From Ruditapes philippinarum (Eukaryota): DNA of 64,000 nt. The stretch lies in assembly GCF_026571515.1 (NCBI RefSeq), contig NW_026861694.1, positions 186,001 through 250,000 on the forward strand. The letters are read 5' to 3'. The notes under the pieces are model-generated. The model was not told the origin of the DNA. It ran no database searches and saw only the letters and a program-made list of their open reading frames with translations. Shown piece after piece: positions 13,050 to 27,512 of the stretch; the stretch's first letter is position 1; the number at the start of each line of letters is the position of its first letter. Made by a program: the position numbers and the translations under genes.

Positions 13050-14460
13050 GCAACATATTTACTGTGAATGATATACTTGGTATTGATTCTTTAATTGCCT
13101 CTGACGTAGTGGCTTGGTCGTTGTCACAAAAAACCTGTGAAGCATTCTTTGTGGAAACAATACTGTCCTTAAGAAACAGTTATTTATCAAAATATATCCG
13201 ATCGAAAATTGGACATCTTTCTAAAAACGAAGGCCCGCAATAAATTTGATTATAAAAAATATTTTTCAAAATATCTTTAGGCTTTACAGGTACTTCATTC
13301 CTTGGGTTGGTGGTTTGTTCATGCTCTAAATCCAACACAAAGAATATGCATCATGTAGTACACATTTAGCATCAGCCATCTCACGTGTCCAAGAAAGAAC
13401 TGATAAAATGTATAAATAATTACAAAGATGTTGTCAAATTCTCTCAAATAAAGGATAGGCTATGCCGCCTAAAATGTAACAAAGGCTACCTTGTGGATAG
13501 CATATCACACATGTACAAGTCTGGAAGTCTGCGTTTTCAGTCGTTCACATACACCAGATATTTGTCCATTTTGACTGGAGCCCCATCACTTCCAGGACAA
13601 CTTACCCCTTCTAAAATCAATACCATTTTCTTTAAAAAAAAACACAGTCATAAACTGTTTCAGCCTTTACATCATTGGACATATATTTGCACAAAGTTTA
13701 ATTTTGGGTTTTATTTTACAAAATAAGTTTTATTTATTCACTACAATATCAAAACTTTCATCCAAAATGATATCAATGAATGGGCTGCTTTTAATTCTAA
13801 CAAGCATAGTGTCTCTCACATTGGCTATATATTTTTTAAATGTTGAAGTTGCTTAGTTGTTAGTGAATATACCTTTCTTACCATCAAAATATTGTTATTG
13901 CTATCGGTCTGTTAATCAATTTAATTCCGGAATTTTCTATTTGGCAAATTTTCTCAGACATACATTTTATCTGTTTTCTGTTGGGCAACAACTGTGAAAA
14001 TCTTGGGAGATGCATACTTCTTTGCTGTCTCTATAAACACCTGCAGAAAACAAATATATGTATAAAATAATAAAAGTCTATAAAAACTCATTCAGTGCAT
14101 TTACCAATTTTAATTTTGTGTGATATGTAATACTATTTTCAATATTATTATTTTATCACGACCATTTCGCTATAAATGTATTAATGAGGAGCATCCCTTA
14201 ACTGATTTTGTTTATTTCATGATAATTATTTTTGAAAAATAGTCACTGAATTAGAATGTATGAAAGGATAAATGGCATTAAAAGCCAGAAAATACGGCCA
14301 GAATGCTGTGCCAATGTCCTTTTGTCAAAATGGTGATTATGATGAGTGCTAAAAGTGAGGAGTGCTTTCTCTGGCATTGCTTGCCTTCACTTATTTCTCA
14401 GAACTTGTTCGTACCATCACATCTAAGCCAAACAAATTGATACTGGCGGCAACTTTGCCA
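13050..14460 (-). pseudogene. Decayed hAT-superfamily (ZNF862-like) transposase
   Basis: Manual minus-strand translation across stops and frameshifts, in the expected order: TTF-like QFVWLRCDG (~14405-14460); GSDGAPV..ISGVCERLK..LVHV*YAIHKVA..PILYLREF (13400-13600); VRWL (13373-13384); LDLEHE..KPKDILKNI..KFIAGLRF*KDV (13210-13340). Confidence 0.7.
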
Positions 14461-14789
14461 TTTTAAACCGTTTTTTGTTGTTGTTTGGTGCTGCTCACTT
14501 TGTTCATTTCATATGCATAATAAAAGTTTTTACCGAAAATTTGCATAATTATCCGAAACTACTAGATTTATAATAGTTTATATATATCAGTCTTTTAAAA
14601 TGAATGTATGTAGTTTCGGATATGCGGTATATGCAGCGGATATGCGTTATAGACGGCGTTTAGACTGTCCCTAAAATTTGTAGACGGCAACAGTATTAGC
14701 GGTTTAGACCATCTCATACACGGTCCTGAAGTTTTGCACCCATTCTGCAATTGTATGCGTGCATGTAGAATTTTATGCGCACATTTTCA

Positions 14790-14860
14790 CCGTAGTGAGC
14801 ACATGGTAATAATGTGTCACATAAACAATGATAACCGCCGTATGAATGAATTTTGCAAAA
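14790..14860 (+). mobile_element. Family L short fragment
   Basis: atgtgtcacat...atgataaccgccgtatgaa matches the L sense strand. Confidence 0.55.
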
Positions 14861-14874
14861 CGATTTCCTTATAG

Positions 14875-14908
<34 letters not shown>

Positions 14909-14924
14909 AAGAAGAAGCAAACTT

Positions 14925-15100
14925 GAAGATGCTGCACGATCGGTTTGATTAAACCTGTCCATGGACAGTGCTGGGAGGTGCAAGTTACCGTCAGCGCCCG
15001 CCCTAGCACAGGTTTAAGCAGAATTCAACCTTTAAACATAACTTATAGTGATTTTTTTAATTTAGAATTATTCGGGGAGGTGTCCATACGGGGGTTAGCA
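14925..15100 (-). mobile_element. Family L diverged fragment
   Basis: tcggtttgatt..cctgtccatggacagt..gtgcaagttaccgtc..ccctagcacaggtttaagcagaattcaac matches 58130-58290. Confidence 0.8.
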
Positions 15101-15289
15101 AGTCTACATTTTGGTTGATGACTATTATAATTCAAAAACATTTTTTTTTACAAACATTTTGGATAGTCAGTAAAGAGAAGTCAGTTTTGGGGAACTTTTT
15201 AAATGACTAAAATGCATGCCATATGAACATGTTTACTCTTTTACATATACATGAATTTGCCCATTTTATAAACACCTTTATTTAAATAC

Positions 15290-15690
15290 CATTCTAAATG
15301 TTGCTATACTTGGAACCAGGAGTGCCAAATGCTGAAGACAATTGATGACATGACAGTTTTCATCTCTGGGATTAGTCTGTCTAGACAGTAACTAAATGTT
15401 TGATTAATCACTCAATTAAAGTTACGTCCTAACTATTCTATCATTATAATTGCATTTGTCTTGTAAAAAGCTATTTTATCCAGACTTGATAAATTCTTTA
15501 CAGATTAAGTTTAATGGTCAGATATTTATAAAAAGAAATTCAGGAAATGTCTTGTACAACAGACAAACAGACATAACTTAAGTAATCAACAGATATCAAA
15601 AGCTGATTTGCACTAAGAAACAAAGAACAAGAATAGGTAATTTCAAATTGACAAATCAGTTGTTACAATCTCGTTCAAATGTACATACAT
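15290..15690. promoter_or_regulatory. Conserved non-coding block Q with Smad-type palindrome GTCTAGAC (candidate enhancer)
   Basis: Inverted paralogs at ~59290-59530 (plus 57680-57715) and ~40000-40090. ctgtctagaca is retained in all three copies. Confidence 0.4.
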
Positions 15691-16149
15691 CGATCTTAGA
15701 TCATTATTTCTGGGATTCTGAAAGTTGCTGCCGTCATCTGTTACGGGTGACGGTGGATTATTTATGTGCTCTAAAATGAGATGTTTTCGGTACATTTCAT
15801 TTACTGAATGAACTACATGTTATGGATAACATTTCGGTTTGATAAATAAAATTGTAAATTCATACGCTTCTAGCGCTCTATAAGAAAATACAAATTTAGT
15901 TACTGCAATGGGTGAAATAAAAATATTTTGCATGCCAAATTAGTAGCATGCAATTGTGGTAATCTTAAAAATTTGGTGGTACACATGAGTGAAAACAAAA
16001 CAAATTGCTCTTGGGTCTTTATTATATAATTGTTATCTAAACATCAATGTAAGGAACCTTTTTGTATTTGGATGAAAGATCTAGACGTTACAACAATCAA
16101 ATATTGTGGAAAGGCGTTATTTGACAATAACAGCGTCGGAGTGAAAAAC

Positions 16150-16200
16150 AAAATATGATAAACAAGATCAACAAGGAAAAGCGGCGTTCAACGCAAAGCC
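16150..16200 (-). mobile_element. Extreme 3' tip of the Naiad-like element
   Basis: aaaatatgataaacaagatcaacaaggaaa(a)gcggcg, matching the 61062 terminus. Confidence 0.8.
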
Positions 16201-16259
16201 AACCACTACAAAAAGGTACACTTTGTGTTAGCTTTACTAACTTAATAAAAATAAAATAA

Positions 16260-18100
16260 TAAAAATGCTACAAAATAAATTTTCTTAAAAAATTACGGGA
16301 AAGGCCATTTTGCAAGGAAAAACTCGAATTTTTGGTAATTTCAAGAATTTTCATCAAATTTCTGTTAATTGATTTAACCCATTATCTCATATACACAGCT
16401 TTCAACGCCTTCTTCATCCCCAGTCCCTTTTAAGGTCTCAAATGGGGAAAAATGCCGTATTTTAGCTCCAAACAATTGTTTTGTTTTGAACAATGTTGTT
16501 AAAAAGTGATCACTTTTTCGGCGCCAACCCCTGTCAAAAAAGATACATTAGGGGGTGCCAGACGGGGGGGGGGTGTCCCCTTTCTGCTTGTGGGTGTGGA
16601 GGAGGGCAGCAGTTTCCCTCACGCTGAAATGCCTGTGACTCTTTGGGGATTCTTTTCTTTCTCTATTCTATCTCAATCCATTGAGAAGTTGCAGCACCTT
16701 GAAATCAATTTTCGTGGGAAACATCAACGCAAAATAGTATATTTTTTTTAGCAATTTTCATGTGTCCCCTCGTTGCCAGGGTAACAGGAATTTACGACTG
16801 AGCATGTTATTAAAAAGGCAATGGTCCAGTCAAGATTTGTGACAAGTTTGATAAGGATTGAAGGGTTTTTAAAGTTTCATAGCAATTTGAACTTGTGACA
16901 GGTGGCTTATCAATAAAAAAACGATCCTTTTAAAAAAAAAAAAAAAATTCCAGGGGCCCAAAATGGGGGTTTTTTAAAAAAAACCCGACAAAAAAGGTTC
17001 TTATCTGGGTTGCATGTAAGGACAGCATTTTTTGGGTTTTTGCCCCAAAATAAATAAATAGGGGAAATAAAACTAAAAACTAAATCTACGAATACTTTAA
17101 AACTTTAAATAAAAGATACACCCAGGGTTTCTAATTTAAATTTTATACATCGGGCAAGAACAAAATATATTAAAAAAATTCTTTTTAAAAATAAATAAAA
17201 ACTTTTGGCCCTTTTTGGAATTTAGATCCAAAAGCATAAACTCAATCAGGGGTTTTAAATATAAACGGCGTTGTCAAGGCCACTTTAAGGGGAGGATAAT
17301 TTTTTGCCATCTATGAAGCGCCATATTTAAACTAATATCGTTGATTCCCCATTTTTTTTATATAATAAAATTTTAAAGGGCATGACCAAATTTTGAACAT
17401 AAATTTTTTAAATTTAAAAGGGCCTTTTAACATTAGGGTTGATTTTTTGGGGCTTTGTCCTTTAAATTTCAAACGGGTAGGGGGGGTCATTCAACCCCTT
17501 CCAATTTAAAACTTTTTTTTTAAAAGGAAAAAAATTTTTTTCAATTGATTTTTTCCAACCAAAAAATTGCCTTTTGTTTTCAAAAAACATTTAAGCGGTT
17601 AAATTAAAACCCAAAATTTTAATTAAAACACAACCCTTTTTCACAAATTCAATTCGAAAAAATATTATCATAAAAAGGGTAACCATGTTGGTCATAAATA
17701 GGGCGGTAACATGTATTAAAAAAAATTTTAATGTATTTTAAACATTTGAAAAAGATTTTTTAAACTTTAAAAAATTTAATATTTTTTTAAACAATTGTTT
17801 GGCAAAAGGTTAAGAAAAGGGGACTTTAATTTTCTAGTCCCTTTTTTTAATCGGGGGTGTCCTATCACAGCAAAAATTTTCACGGGTTTTGGCGTATTTT
17901 AAAAACAAAAAATAAAAACGTTAGCTTCAAAAATGGGCTTTTGCTTTTAAACCAACAAAATAAGCAAAACCCCAACATTTAAAAATTATATGAAATTTCT
18001 AAAGGGCCGTGACGCCTAACGTCGCAAAAAAAGCTACAGCAAGAAAGGTTTTATATTTTAAAACGTTTTTCGGGCATCTTTTTAAATAAATAGTCACACC
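16260..18100. other. Probable low-quality (unpolished long-read) sequence
   Basis: Abrupt excess of homopolymer runs of all four bases compared with the flanks. Confidence 0.6.
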
Positions 18101-21100
18101 ATCCGTTTAGGAAGACATTTTTTATTGGTAACAGTGATTGAATAGAAAAAACACATGAATACTTAATCAAGAAGACAAATGCTTGAAAGAAAGACCTGAT
18201 ATACAATTAAAGTTTGGCAAGTTTTATTATAAGGCAGGAATATAAAAACAACTTCGTATGTACAGGAAAGCAGCGACGAAATGACGCTGAAAATAATTAC
18301 GTCGTGATTTGTTGATAAATATCGCCGCTGTTTTCCTGTACATGCGAAGTTGTTATAAATAGTTTCATCAACATTATATAAAATCGTCGTCGATGTCAAT
18401 AAAATCGACGAAGGTATTTTCCCATGTATTCATATAGGGAAAATAATAACCGTGCGGATGTGTACTATGGCTTTCCATTGTATACAATATATATAGCTTG
18501 GATATATTCACATATGTTTATTATAAATCGAAGTTTACTAAGTAATTTGCATTTAAAGTCATTTGGCGCCGCTCCGTTTCTTGTAATTTGCAGTATCCTT
18601 TACATTCATGTCTTAAAGGAACGCCTTTATCAATTGCGTGTGTTTTGGTTTTGTTGTTAAATGAATCAAACTCGTGTCTCTGATGGAAAAGTTAATTAAC
18701 TATGCAAACAGCATATGTTTGTTTCATTCCGTCATAACACGTGGATTATTAGTTAAATTATTTATTATAATTACATGTTTAATAAATAGACAAATTGAAT
18801 ATATTTTTGTTATAATACAAAAAATAATGATAACACAATTTCGGTTCGTAAAAAAGTAATTTCCAGGAAATGAATGAATAATGCATAATATTCATTTCGA
18901 CTTACTTGAACTATAAAGTATATAATTTGACTTGACAGTAATAATAATAAATCGACGAATAATTAAAAAAAAACAACAATTATCATAATTTATTTATTAG
19001 CGTCATTAACAATTAATCGAAATTGTCATTGCATGTTCGAATCATATTTGTCTCATTTTGCCCAAAATCGTCATATTAATATCTAAGGTACTGAAAAAAC
19101 AAAGTTATCTAAATTCAACAAAAAACTAAACTTTTTTTCCATTTACCAGGAATCAGCTTCTTAATATCCCTATAAACGCAACAGAGTTGTGTGTGCATTC
19201 CGAAGCATATTACGGGTTACTTCTTTTTATTAACTTCAAAATATGTGTGCGCGTACAATGTGTAATTGATACTTTATTTTATTTGTGATGGAGATCTATT
19301 TTTCATATAAAATCGAATATTATTTATTTAAATTAACTTTCAATTTAATTCAAAAGAATTTGATTTAATTATATACGGCGTCATATATATTCACATATTG
19401 TTTGCTTGTTTATATATCTAATAGTGGACAATACTGTCAAAGAGCATCCTGGCCTGTTAATTTAACTGTTACTTTGAATTGTTTTTTGTTCTTTTGGATG
19501 CGTTTTCCTTGGTATGTCAATAATTCATGTTGACTAGTCTGGTTCTTTTTGTATATCATCTTTTGAAAGCGATGCCAATTTGTGGATGCATTACGTGTTC
19601 GTCGTTTTATATTTTCTTAACCTTGTTGTATTAACAATGAAGTACATTTGCTATTTTAACTAGTTTCGATCTTGTAACTGAATTTTTAACAAGCCAAACT
19701 TGATAATTTAGGAGACTTTCTTTCTCCTGAGAATGTCTTCAAGACAAAAATGTTGCATGTTACCAATTAAATGCCAATAGCTTTAGACGTATTCAAATCA
19801 CCGCCTACAGACATATCACTATTTCTATGGAACTGTTACTTTACACGCGATAAATACTATTTTTGACATACTTGTACTCGCAGTTAACAATTGAATATCC
19901 ACACATTCAAACAAGAAATAATTTACTTTCTTATAACTTGTTTGTTTGGTTTGCGTTTACCATGCACCCCGACAATTTAGCTCATATTGTGCGAAACAGG
20001 AAAGATGCTTCTAATTAGTACGATGCAATGTTAGATATAATAATGTATAAACAACAATATACCGGTAGTTTTTGTGAGAAAGGCAAAGTTCTGTCCTTTG
20101 TCTAGAAGCTTGCCTTTCATCGCAGTTGTGTCTACATAAACAACATAATTAAAACAAATAAGGACTGCCACATACGTACAAACATTCTCTAAGTTTTGTG
20201 AATTTAATGACAATTTTAATTAGCAAACGGAAGAAATAATTTCGGACAGGTATTTTACTAAAAGTAACTAAATGCTCATTTTTATTGAAAATTGTACATT
20301 TTTAAGATAATAAGCCATATATCTATTGCAACAGATTAACCAGTTAAAGTAATATAATCACTATCAGATGGCTTTTTATTTGGTACTTAACCTAGCTGAT
20401 TCCTCTCCGGTAAATTATCTAAAATATCACTGAAAAAGATTCCAACAATTCATTATATTTATTTCTGCAGTTCCATAAATAATTATTGAAAAGTTATATC
20501 AAAACATGCACGTAGCATTACAATGATCATTAATATCCGTTTGTTGGTATAAGTATTAATAAATTAAACAATAATTATTAATAATTTACTGTTATAATGA
20601 TGCATATCATAAATGCGAAATTATCAAGAATCTGACAGAACATGAATAGTTGATGATATATTAACAAGTTCCTAGATTTTCTATGTTACAACAACAGCAA
20701 CAACAAAATAATAAAAGATGAATGAAAACAAAAAATAAAAAAAAATAAATAAATGAATAAATAAATTAAAAGAAAAGTGAGAAAAAAGAGAATCCAAAAG
20801 AACGGAAAAACAAACCACCACCAAAGAAACAAACAGCAAAGAAAACCGGCAAAATGGAAAATGTTGTTCATGGGCGGTAATTATAACTCCAAGAAAGTGT
20901 CCACGTCATACAAAGCCACATTTGAATTTGAAAACGAGAAAATCAAGCACTGAGTATAGATTTACTTTATTCGTTCTCGATAGGAAATATTTCTCGTATT
21001 ATGAACGTAAAATACCAGGCTAACGTTTCGGTGAGACATAGAGCTAATAATTTTTTAATCAGAGGCGAGGTCTTGGCTTTTATTGAGTTTACTTTAAAGA

Positions 21101-22269
21101 TTGAATTGTTTCCTGAAATAATAATTAATAATAAATTTGTTAACTAATTTTTTCCCATATGTTATAAATTATTTTATGTTTTTGTCCAGCATGTTTGGTA
21201 GAGCAATAATTGCTGGGTACATTCTGTTTCTTCTAATTATTGTTCAAAGACACATAATCTTTTCTTTTTTCATTATCTTTCAGACAAAATATGTTGCTTT
21301 GAAAGGCTTGACTGTCATTTTCGTATAATTTACTCACAGAAATTATAAAAACCCTTAAAATACATAGTATTACATACTAATACCAATAGACACCAATCTT
21401 TTACACAAATGAAACAGAGATAACTAGTCTGATACTAACCAAGTCATCAGTTAGAGAAAAGTGTATGCCTGATGTAAAGGGGCACCATAGAAACGTTCGT
21501 GTGCATAATTGAGAAATACATCTCCTTTATTGCATTGTCATGCAATATGGTAGAACTTATATATCATTTTAGCTTTTAGAACGTATACATAAACATCATT
21601 TTTAATTGCTTTCGATGTAAGACATGAACATATAATTGAATACTGAGAAAGTCAAACGAAGCAAAAGTTTTACTATATTTTTACGAGAAGATATAATTAT
21701 TATGTCCTAATAACAAATACATCTGGTATCTAATTGAATAAGTTTTGAAAGTTTTGCATAAATTGTCTTTATTGTACTTAGAGTAAAGACGTTACTGTGA
21801 TCTAAGTTGATATTTCAATGTAATATTTATGCTATTTTCACACCGATGGTAAAGTAATATATCTCGTAGAGTAACCTCAATACGCATTGAAGACTAATGT
21901 TTCTTAACAATACTGGTTTTAAGTTTTAGTTATTTATTACTTTTATGGTGTTTTTAGATAAAACTAGATACTATGTGCGAAGGCATTTCCTATATTGTCC
22001 TGTTTCTATAAACATTTTGAAAGAGAACCGTAATGACATATATAATGTTACCATGTTGATATATCTATTAATTTCGTAATATATCCTGTAGAGTGAGGCA
22101 TTTCAGGTTTTAAGAATTTGTCATATAAATAAGTGCAGTAGAATTTAACATATCCAGACCTGAAAAAAAATCACCTAATATATCCTGTAGAAAGTGTTCC
22201 TAATGTATTGGTAGAATTTAACTTGTTAATTGAACCAAGTATAGGTCAATAGTATTCACTGTACAATTT

Positions 22270-22870
22270 AACCTCAAATTCTTTACATATTAAACTTTTA
22301 AAAATTATAAAAAGCTGATTTCATAAAAAAAATTTAAATTATTATAGTTTTTACAATATTTAAAAAAAATTTAAATAAATGAATTTTAAAATCGGCTTAA
22401 AAGCAAATTTATTATAATTTAAAAAGTTTAACTATATAACAAATAATTTTTGGGTAAAGGGAAATTCAAGCATTCCGACAGTTTGGGAAATGTGAAAAAC
22501 ATTATCATTACAAATTTCCCAACTCATGGGCCTTTAAAACAAAAAATCTAAAGGGTTTAAAAGAAAGGAAATTTTAAATATCAAAAAATAAACGTGATTG
22601 TAAACCTATAAAAATTGGGGTTTTGGTTTAAACAATGGACATTACATTTTAAAAAAAAAAAGGAACCCCGGGGAAAAGCAACGTTGCATAAAGGTTTATA
22701 ACTGTAAAAAAACAAATTGGTTTCTTAGCGGGTTTAATTGTATAATTTCCCTGCAATTCCGTGCAAAACTTAAAACACAACTATATGGCACTGATATCAA
22801 TGTTTCATAATTATGTTGAAAGGATATCAAATAGGGTTTTGTGTTAAAAAAATAGCTGTAAATGAAAATA
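22270..22870. other. Probable low-quality sequence
   Basis: Same homopolymer-inflated texture as 16.3-18.1 kb. Confidence 0.5.
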
Positions 22871-25800
22871 TGCCGGCCATTTTAATTCCATGTCCTTTGT
22901 ATGCATTAGATTAATTTAGCAAGTTTATATCTATTTGTACGATACGTTTATTTAAATGATGTATCCAAATGTTTGATTTCATATAATTATCATGCAAATA
23001 ATTCACAATTCGCTTTGAGGAAGAAATACAATCATACACATGTTCCTTTGCGCCAATCCTCTTTGCTAACCTGCTTTATATTAAATGTTTTGAGAATCGG
23101 ACATAGAAGTGTTGTCAAACGGTGTCCATTATTTTGAAACCTTCAAAACAAACGATGTTATTCCAATCAAAACATACAATTGATAAAACCACATATATAT
23201 TGGAGAATATGATATGTGCGAATGTGCTTAAGTCATTAACACATTTATTATAATATTCTTTCTATCTATCAGATGAACGATTCCTATGTCGTATGGTATA
23301 ACTATAATTAAACTTTGATATTGTTACAACAAAAACTTATTATTATATTTATTGCGAGAAAATATTCTTTGAGCGTAATTATTAATATTGTTTTTATATC
23401 TGAAATTGCAAGATTTTTCAAGAAAAACAAAACTGTCTTGCGGTCGATTATTAAACATTTCTTCACTTTCTTCAATCTGTTATTGTCTTTCAATATTCAA
23501 AGTTATCAACTAACTTAATATAATATGTAATATGAATTTGACAAACAGAAAAAGCTCTGTTTGGTGTATTTCTATGTTCATTTCTGTCTCGATTTTTTTG
23601 TGAATATTTCTATTTGAGTAAATGCACATTTTTGCAAATATTTAATTAATTAAAAGATAAATAAGAATTATACGAAGATCAATATTGAATCCATAATACA
23701 TTTCCAAACAAGCAAACTATAACACCATTGATATCATATGATGATCTTGAGACTAAATAAGTCAATTAAAGAAATTACTTTGATTTCCATGACGATTTCA
23801 TCTTAAATAAAAAAAATACAGGATTTCTGCACAAAACTAGCTTACCCATGATTATGAATGCAATATAAAATGTTATGGCAAGTTTAAAAAAATATGTATC
23901 ATAAAATATCGTTAAACTCATAGCATAAGTTCAGGATTCTCAGACAAAGTAATTGAAAAGCCAAATTCAAAGTTGAGTCATAACTTATCTACATCAATTA
24001 CATTATACAATTCAGATTTAAACTTTTGCTCATTAACAATCCGATAATGTTAATAATTTTCAACATTGCGAAGAATTTCTTGAATGATCCACACATATAC
24101 AACAAAACTACAATAACAATGGAAGCACACAATTTGGTAAACATGTTTGAAACAAGACAATATATGTCAATATCAATAATCAATACATGTATGCTGAGAG
24201 GCGAAAAAATATTGTTTTATTTTTATTCAGAAGAGAGAGAGAGAGTTAATTAACGATGACAATCATTTAAGAGAAATGGTCAAGTGGTTGTGGCCCTACG
24301 ACCCATGTGTTACAGTAACAATTTGAGAGGAACTAAAAAACATATCAAATATACTTATTAGAGGTCTAAAATGTTTGAAATAAATGAAAAAAATATCTTC
24401 CATTATAGGTCTATATATCAAGTATATAAAGACCATTGCGTCAACAACTTGTTTATCATTTAAGCATGCCGGTGTTTATATTTGTGATTTTAAGCATTGC
24501 TTTTTCTCTTCAAGTTGTTACAATAAAAGCATATCAGATATGTTCTAGCTATTTGAGTGTCCTAATTCTTAGATAACTTTTGCACGATTAAATATAACAT
24601 AGCATTCCCCTTGCTATTGGTCATTTGCAACGTTTATATAATTGAATCAATTTATGTATATGGAAAAATGGTTACATAAGTAAAATTAGTAAATTAATCA
24701 TTTGAAATAGCATGAGATGTTCTAAATAACAAAATGTATTGTGAATAAAAAAGAGGTTTGATGGAAAAATTGTTGTATACGTAGAAATATATAAAGGCAC
24801 AGGTGTTTAAATTTCATGAATGTTCTTTTTACAACCATTTCTGAATATTGAAACCTGGGTAAATCGTATTGACAACAAATACACGACAATAGATCAATAC
24901 AATATTCCGGTATATTTCAACAACATTCTATGTTCTTTGCTTCAATACAATTGTAATAAAAATGCCGAATAATTGAAAGTGATGTTTGTTTTTGTATTTA
25001 AAGAGCTGGCTCAGGTTACTTGATTTCGTTAAACAAAGGCTATAATTCCTATAATGTTTCTTTAGTATTTTGTTAGACAATTCTCGCCTTTGAAAATTTA
25101 ATTTGATTTTGATCATTTAACGATAAAACATGTCTGTATTCATTAACTATGCAAGTGTATGTCCACTATAAAATAACATATACTATATTCATTCGAATTA
25201 ATGAATGTGAGTCCCATGTGATATTCCTTTTATTTAAATAGTGTAGAATGATTGTTATTGAAAATTGTCGCCCTGACACCACGAGGTCTGGTTTGTCAGA
25301 GAAAAATTATCAAATTGCCGAAATCCTAAGAAGAATAGTTATCAATATACATCATAGAAAAATTTTTTAAACATTAATCTTTGTTATTCGTAAACGGTTC
25401 AACATTATGTTAGGCATAGCATAATGTATATTGTCGAAAAAAAAAAGTCATGAAAAAATAGTCATGTACTTTCATCGAATGTTTTAAAATTCACATATAG
25501 ATAAATAAGATCGGAAATGTAAAAAGTTTGATAAGTAAATGCAGTAACAAAATCTCATTGTTTTGTGTAAAAATGAGATTATTTCCTTTACTATTTAAGA
25601 TTAAAAATCGTACAGACGGTCAAAAATGCAATATTCAAGTTAAATGAACAGGTAGCAAAGTAGTTAATTACCGGTAACGGTATGCTAGAAATGAGACTGT
25701 TGCAATTAAAATTCAGCAGTTTTTTAAAATCAGAATGCTATATTATGTCAAAAATGTACGTTTAAACCCAAATGTTTTTCAGATTTTCTGGAAATACGAA

Positions 25801-26383
25801 GTTATAAAATAGTACTTTTACAATTTCATCCAGCCTGTAAGTTCATTACTATGCCTGCCAAAACATACATTGAACTTTATAATAAAAATAACTATTCATA
25901 TAATAATTATGAGTATAGTAATAAATGAATGTTGCTTTTATAAGTTCATTTGTTTCTTTTGTCAGATATTTTACTGTGATATTCATGGCAATTACCAATT
26001 TTGATGATTCTTGGTTTGTACCATTTATTGTTTATGTATTCTCATCTGATTGTATAGAGAAAAGTATGAAACAAAAGGTTATAATAACTTCAATCCATTT
26101 CCCTTAAGATGATGGAAGTTTATTCTGAGTGTGTTATAATCTAGATTGGTTTCCATGAGAATCATGTTAAATGGAAACAACAAACATGTCATGAATATAA
26201 GCATAAGTCAATTGGAAAATTATGTAGACAAAACAAATTCAATTCTATCACCTTTTATTAATCAACGTCTTCTTAGATATTAGGAATCTTAGAAAGAAAG
26301 AAAAAAAACGTTCTTAAATAAAAGAACTGAATCATCGTTAGTCAAAAAACATTAAGTAACGTATCGTCAATAGGAACTTTAAT

Positions 26384-26580
26384 GACTTCTCCTAAACTTT
26401 GTCTGACCCTCGCTTTTATGCCCGCTGATTGACATCAATTGATTAAGATGCAGTGGTAATTGGGATGGGTTTCAGATAATCTGCCAAATGTGATGAAGTT
26501 AACTGAGTGTGTTGAAGGTCTTAAATCAGCCAAGGCAATAAATAAGACAGTAATTTACCACAGTCGACAAATTGCAGATA
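26384..26580. other. Conserved non-coding element X, copy 3
   Basis: Gapless 197-nt alignment to copy 4, 149/197 identical by hand count. Confidence 0.8.
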
Positions 26581-27355
26581 ATATTCTCCAGCAATTTTGA
26601 GTTTTTACGTTGTTTATGCATACAATTTGTTAGAAATTATCTGCTTAAAAATATCGCCAAGCGTTTTATCACATAAACTTGAAAAAGTTATCAAGATCAG
26701 TTCTACTGTATTAACCAAACTATAAATACCTTTAAAATACGCACTATAAATATAGCTTGCCAGTTCGGTAATTCATTATATAGTTTGCCAAGGAAAGATA
26801 ATATAAAAATTATGAGGTCTTTGTTTTCAAGATTGCATCCGAACTTTTAACAAAATCCACCACAGTTCTGGAACAAACATAGCACTGACCCACAATAACA
26901 ATGCATTATTGATCAAAGTTCATGACACAATATCACAATACAAAGATAATGAGTTAAAGAAAATAATTGACAGCGTTTCAAAAATTTCGGAGTTCCGACT
27001 TCAATTGTTGTGATGCTTACATTGCGTTTGCTTGTTGATAGAACCAAATCTTGAATTCTTGTGAAATATGTATTATAATCTACAAATATCTTTATTCAAA
27101 ATAGATAATACTTAAGTTAATCAAAATTACTTGTGTACTTCAAACATAATTATAGACATGTTTGACATTCAGATCCCCTATGCATGATTTAAGATACGTT
27201 AGCTCAACCGACTGGTCCTCAGATAGAGTGCGAGCTCCCACTTATAAATAAAACAACGGTACTTGTGTGTTACAACAATACAGAAAGTCTTGCCCGGAAC
27301 TTACTCAAGTCGTTATTTGTTTTTTGGTCCTTGACAATTCAAAAAAAAAAGAAGA

Positions 27356-27512
27356 AAAAGTTATCCTCGGCAGCATTAAAAACAACAAATTACACTCGGT
27401 TTGAATGTGTCTGTACATGAGGGACAATAAAACGTGCATCATCCTTCTTGTCTCAGCACCGACTTGAGAGACACTGAACTTACTGTATTCAACGATCTCG
27501 AATGACCAGAAT
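27356..27512 (-). mobile_element. Family S, diverged copy
   Basis: aaagttatcctcggcagcatt..actcggtttga..tctgtacat..gtgca..agcaccgacttgag..gatctcgaatgaccagaa is collinear with the 35228 copy. Confidence 0.7.

Noticed and set aside
26384-26580. Element X as a coding exon, selenoprotein or C/D snoRNA
   Set aside because: There is no codon periodicity and TAA/TAG stops are present. The RTGATGA box is intact in only two of four copies, with no conserved terminal CTGA.
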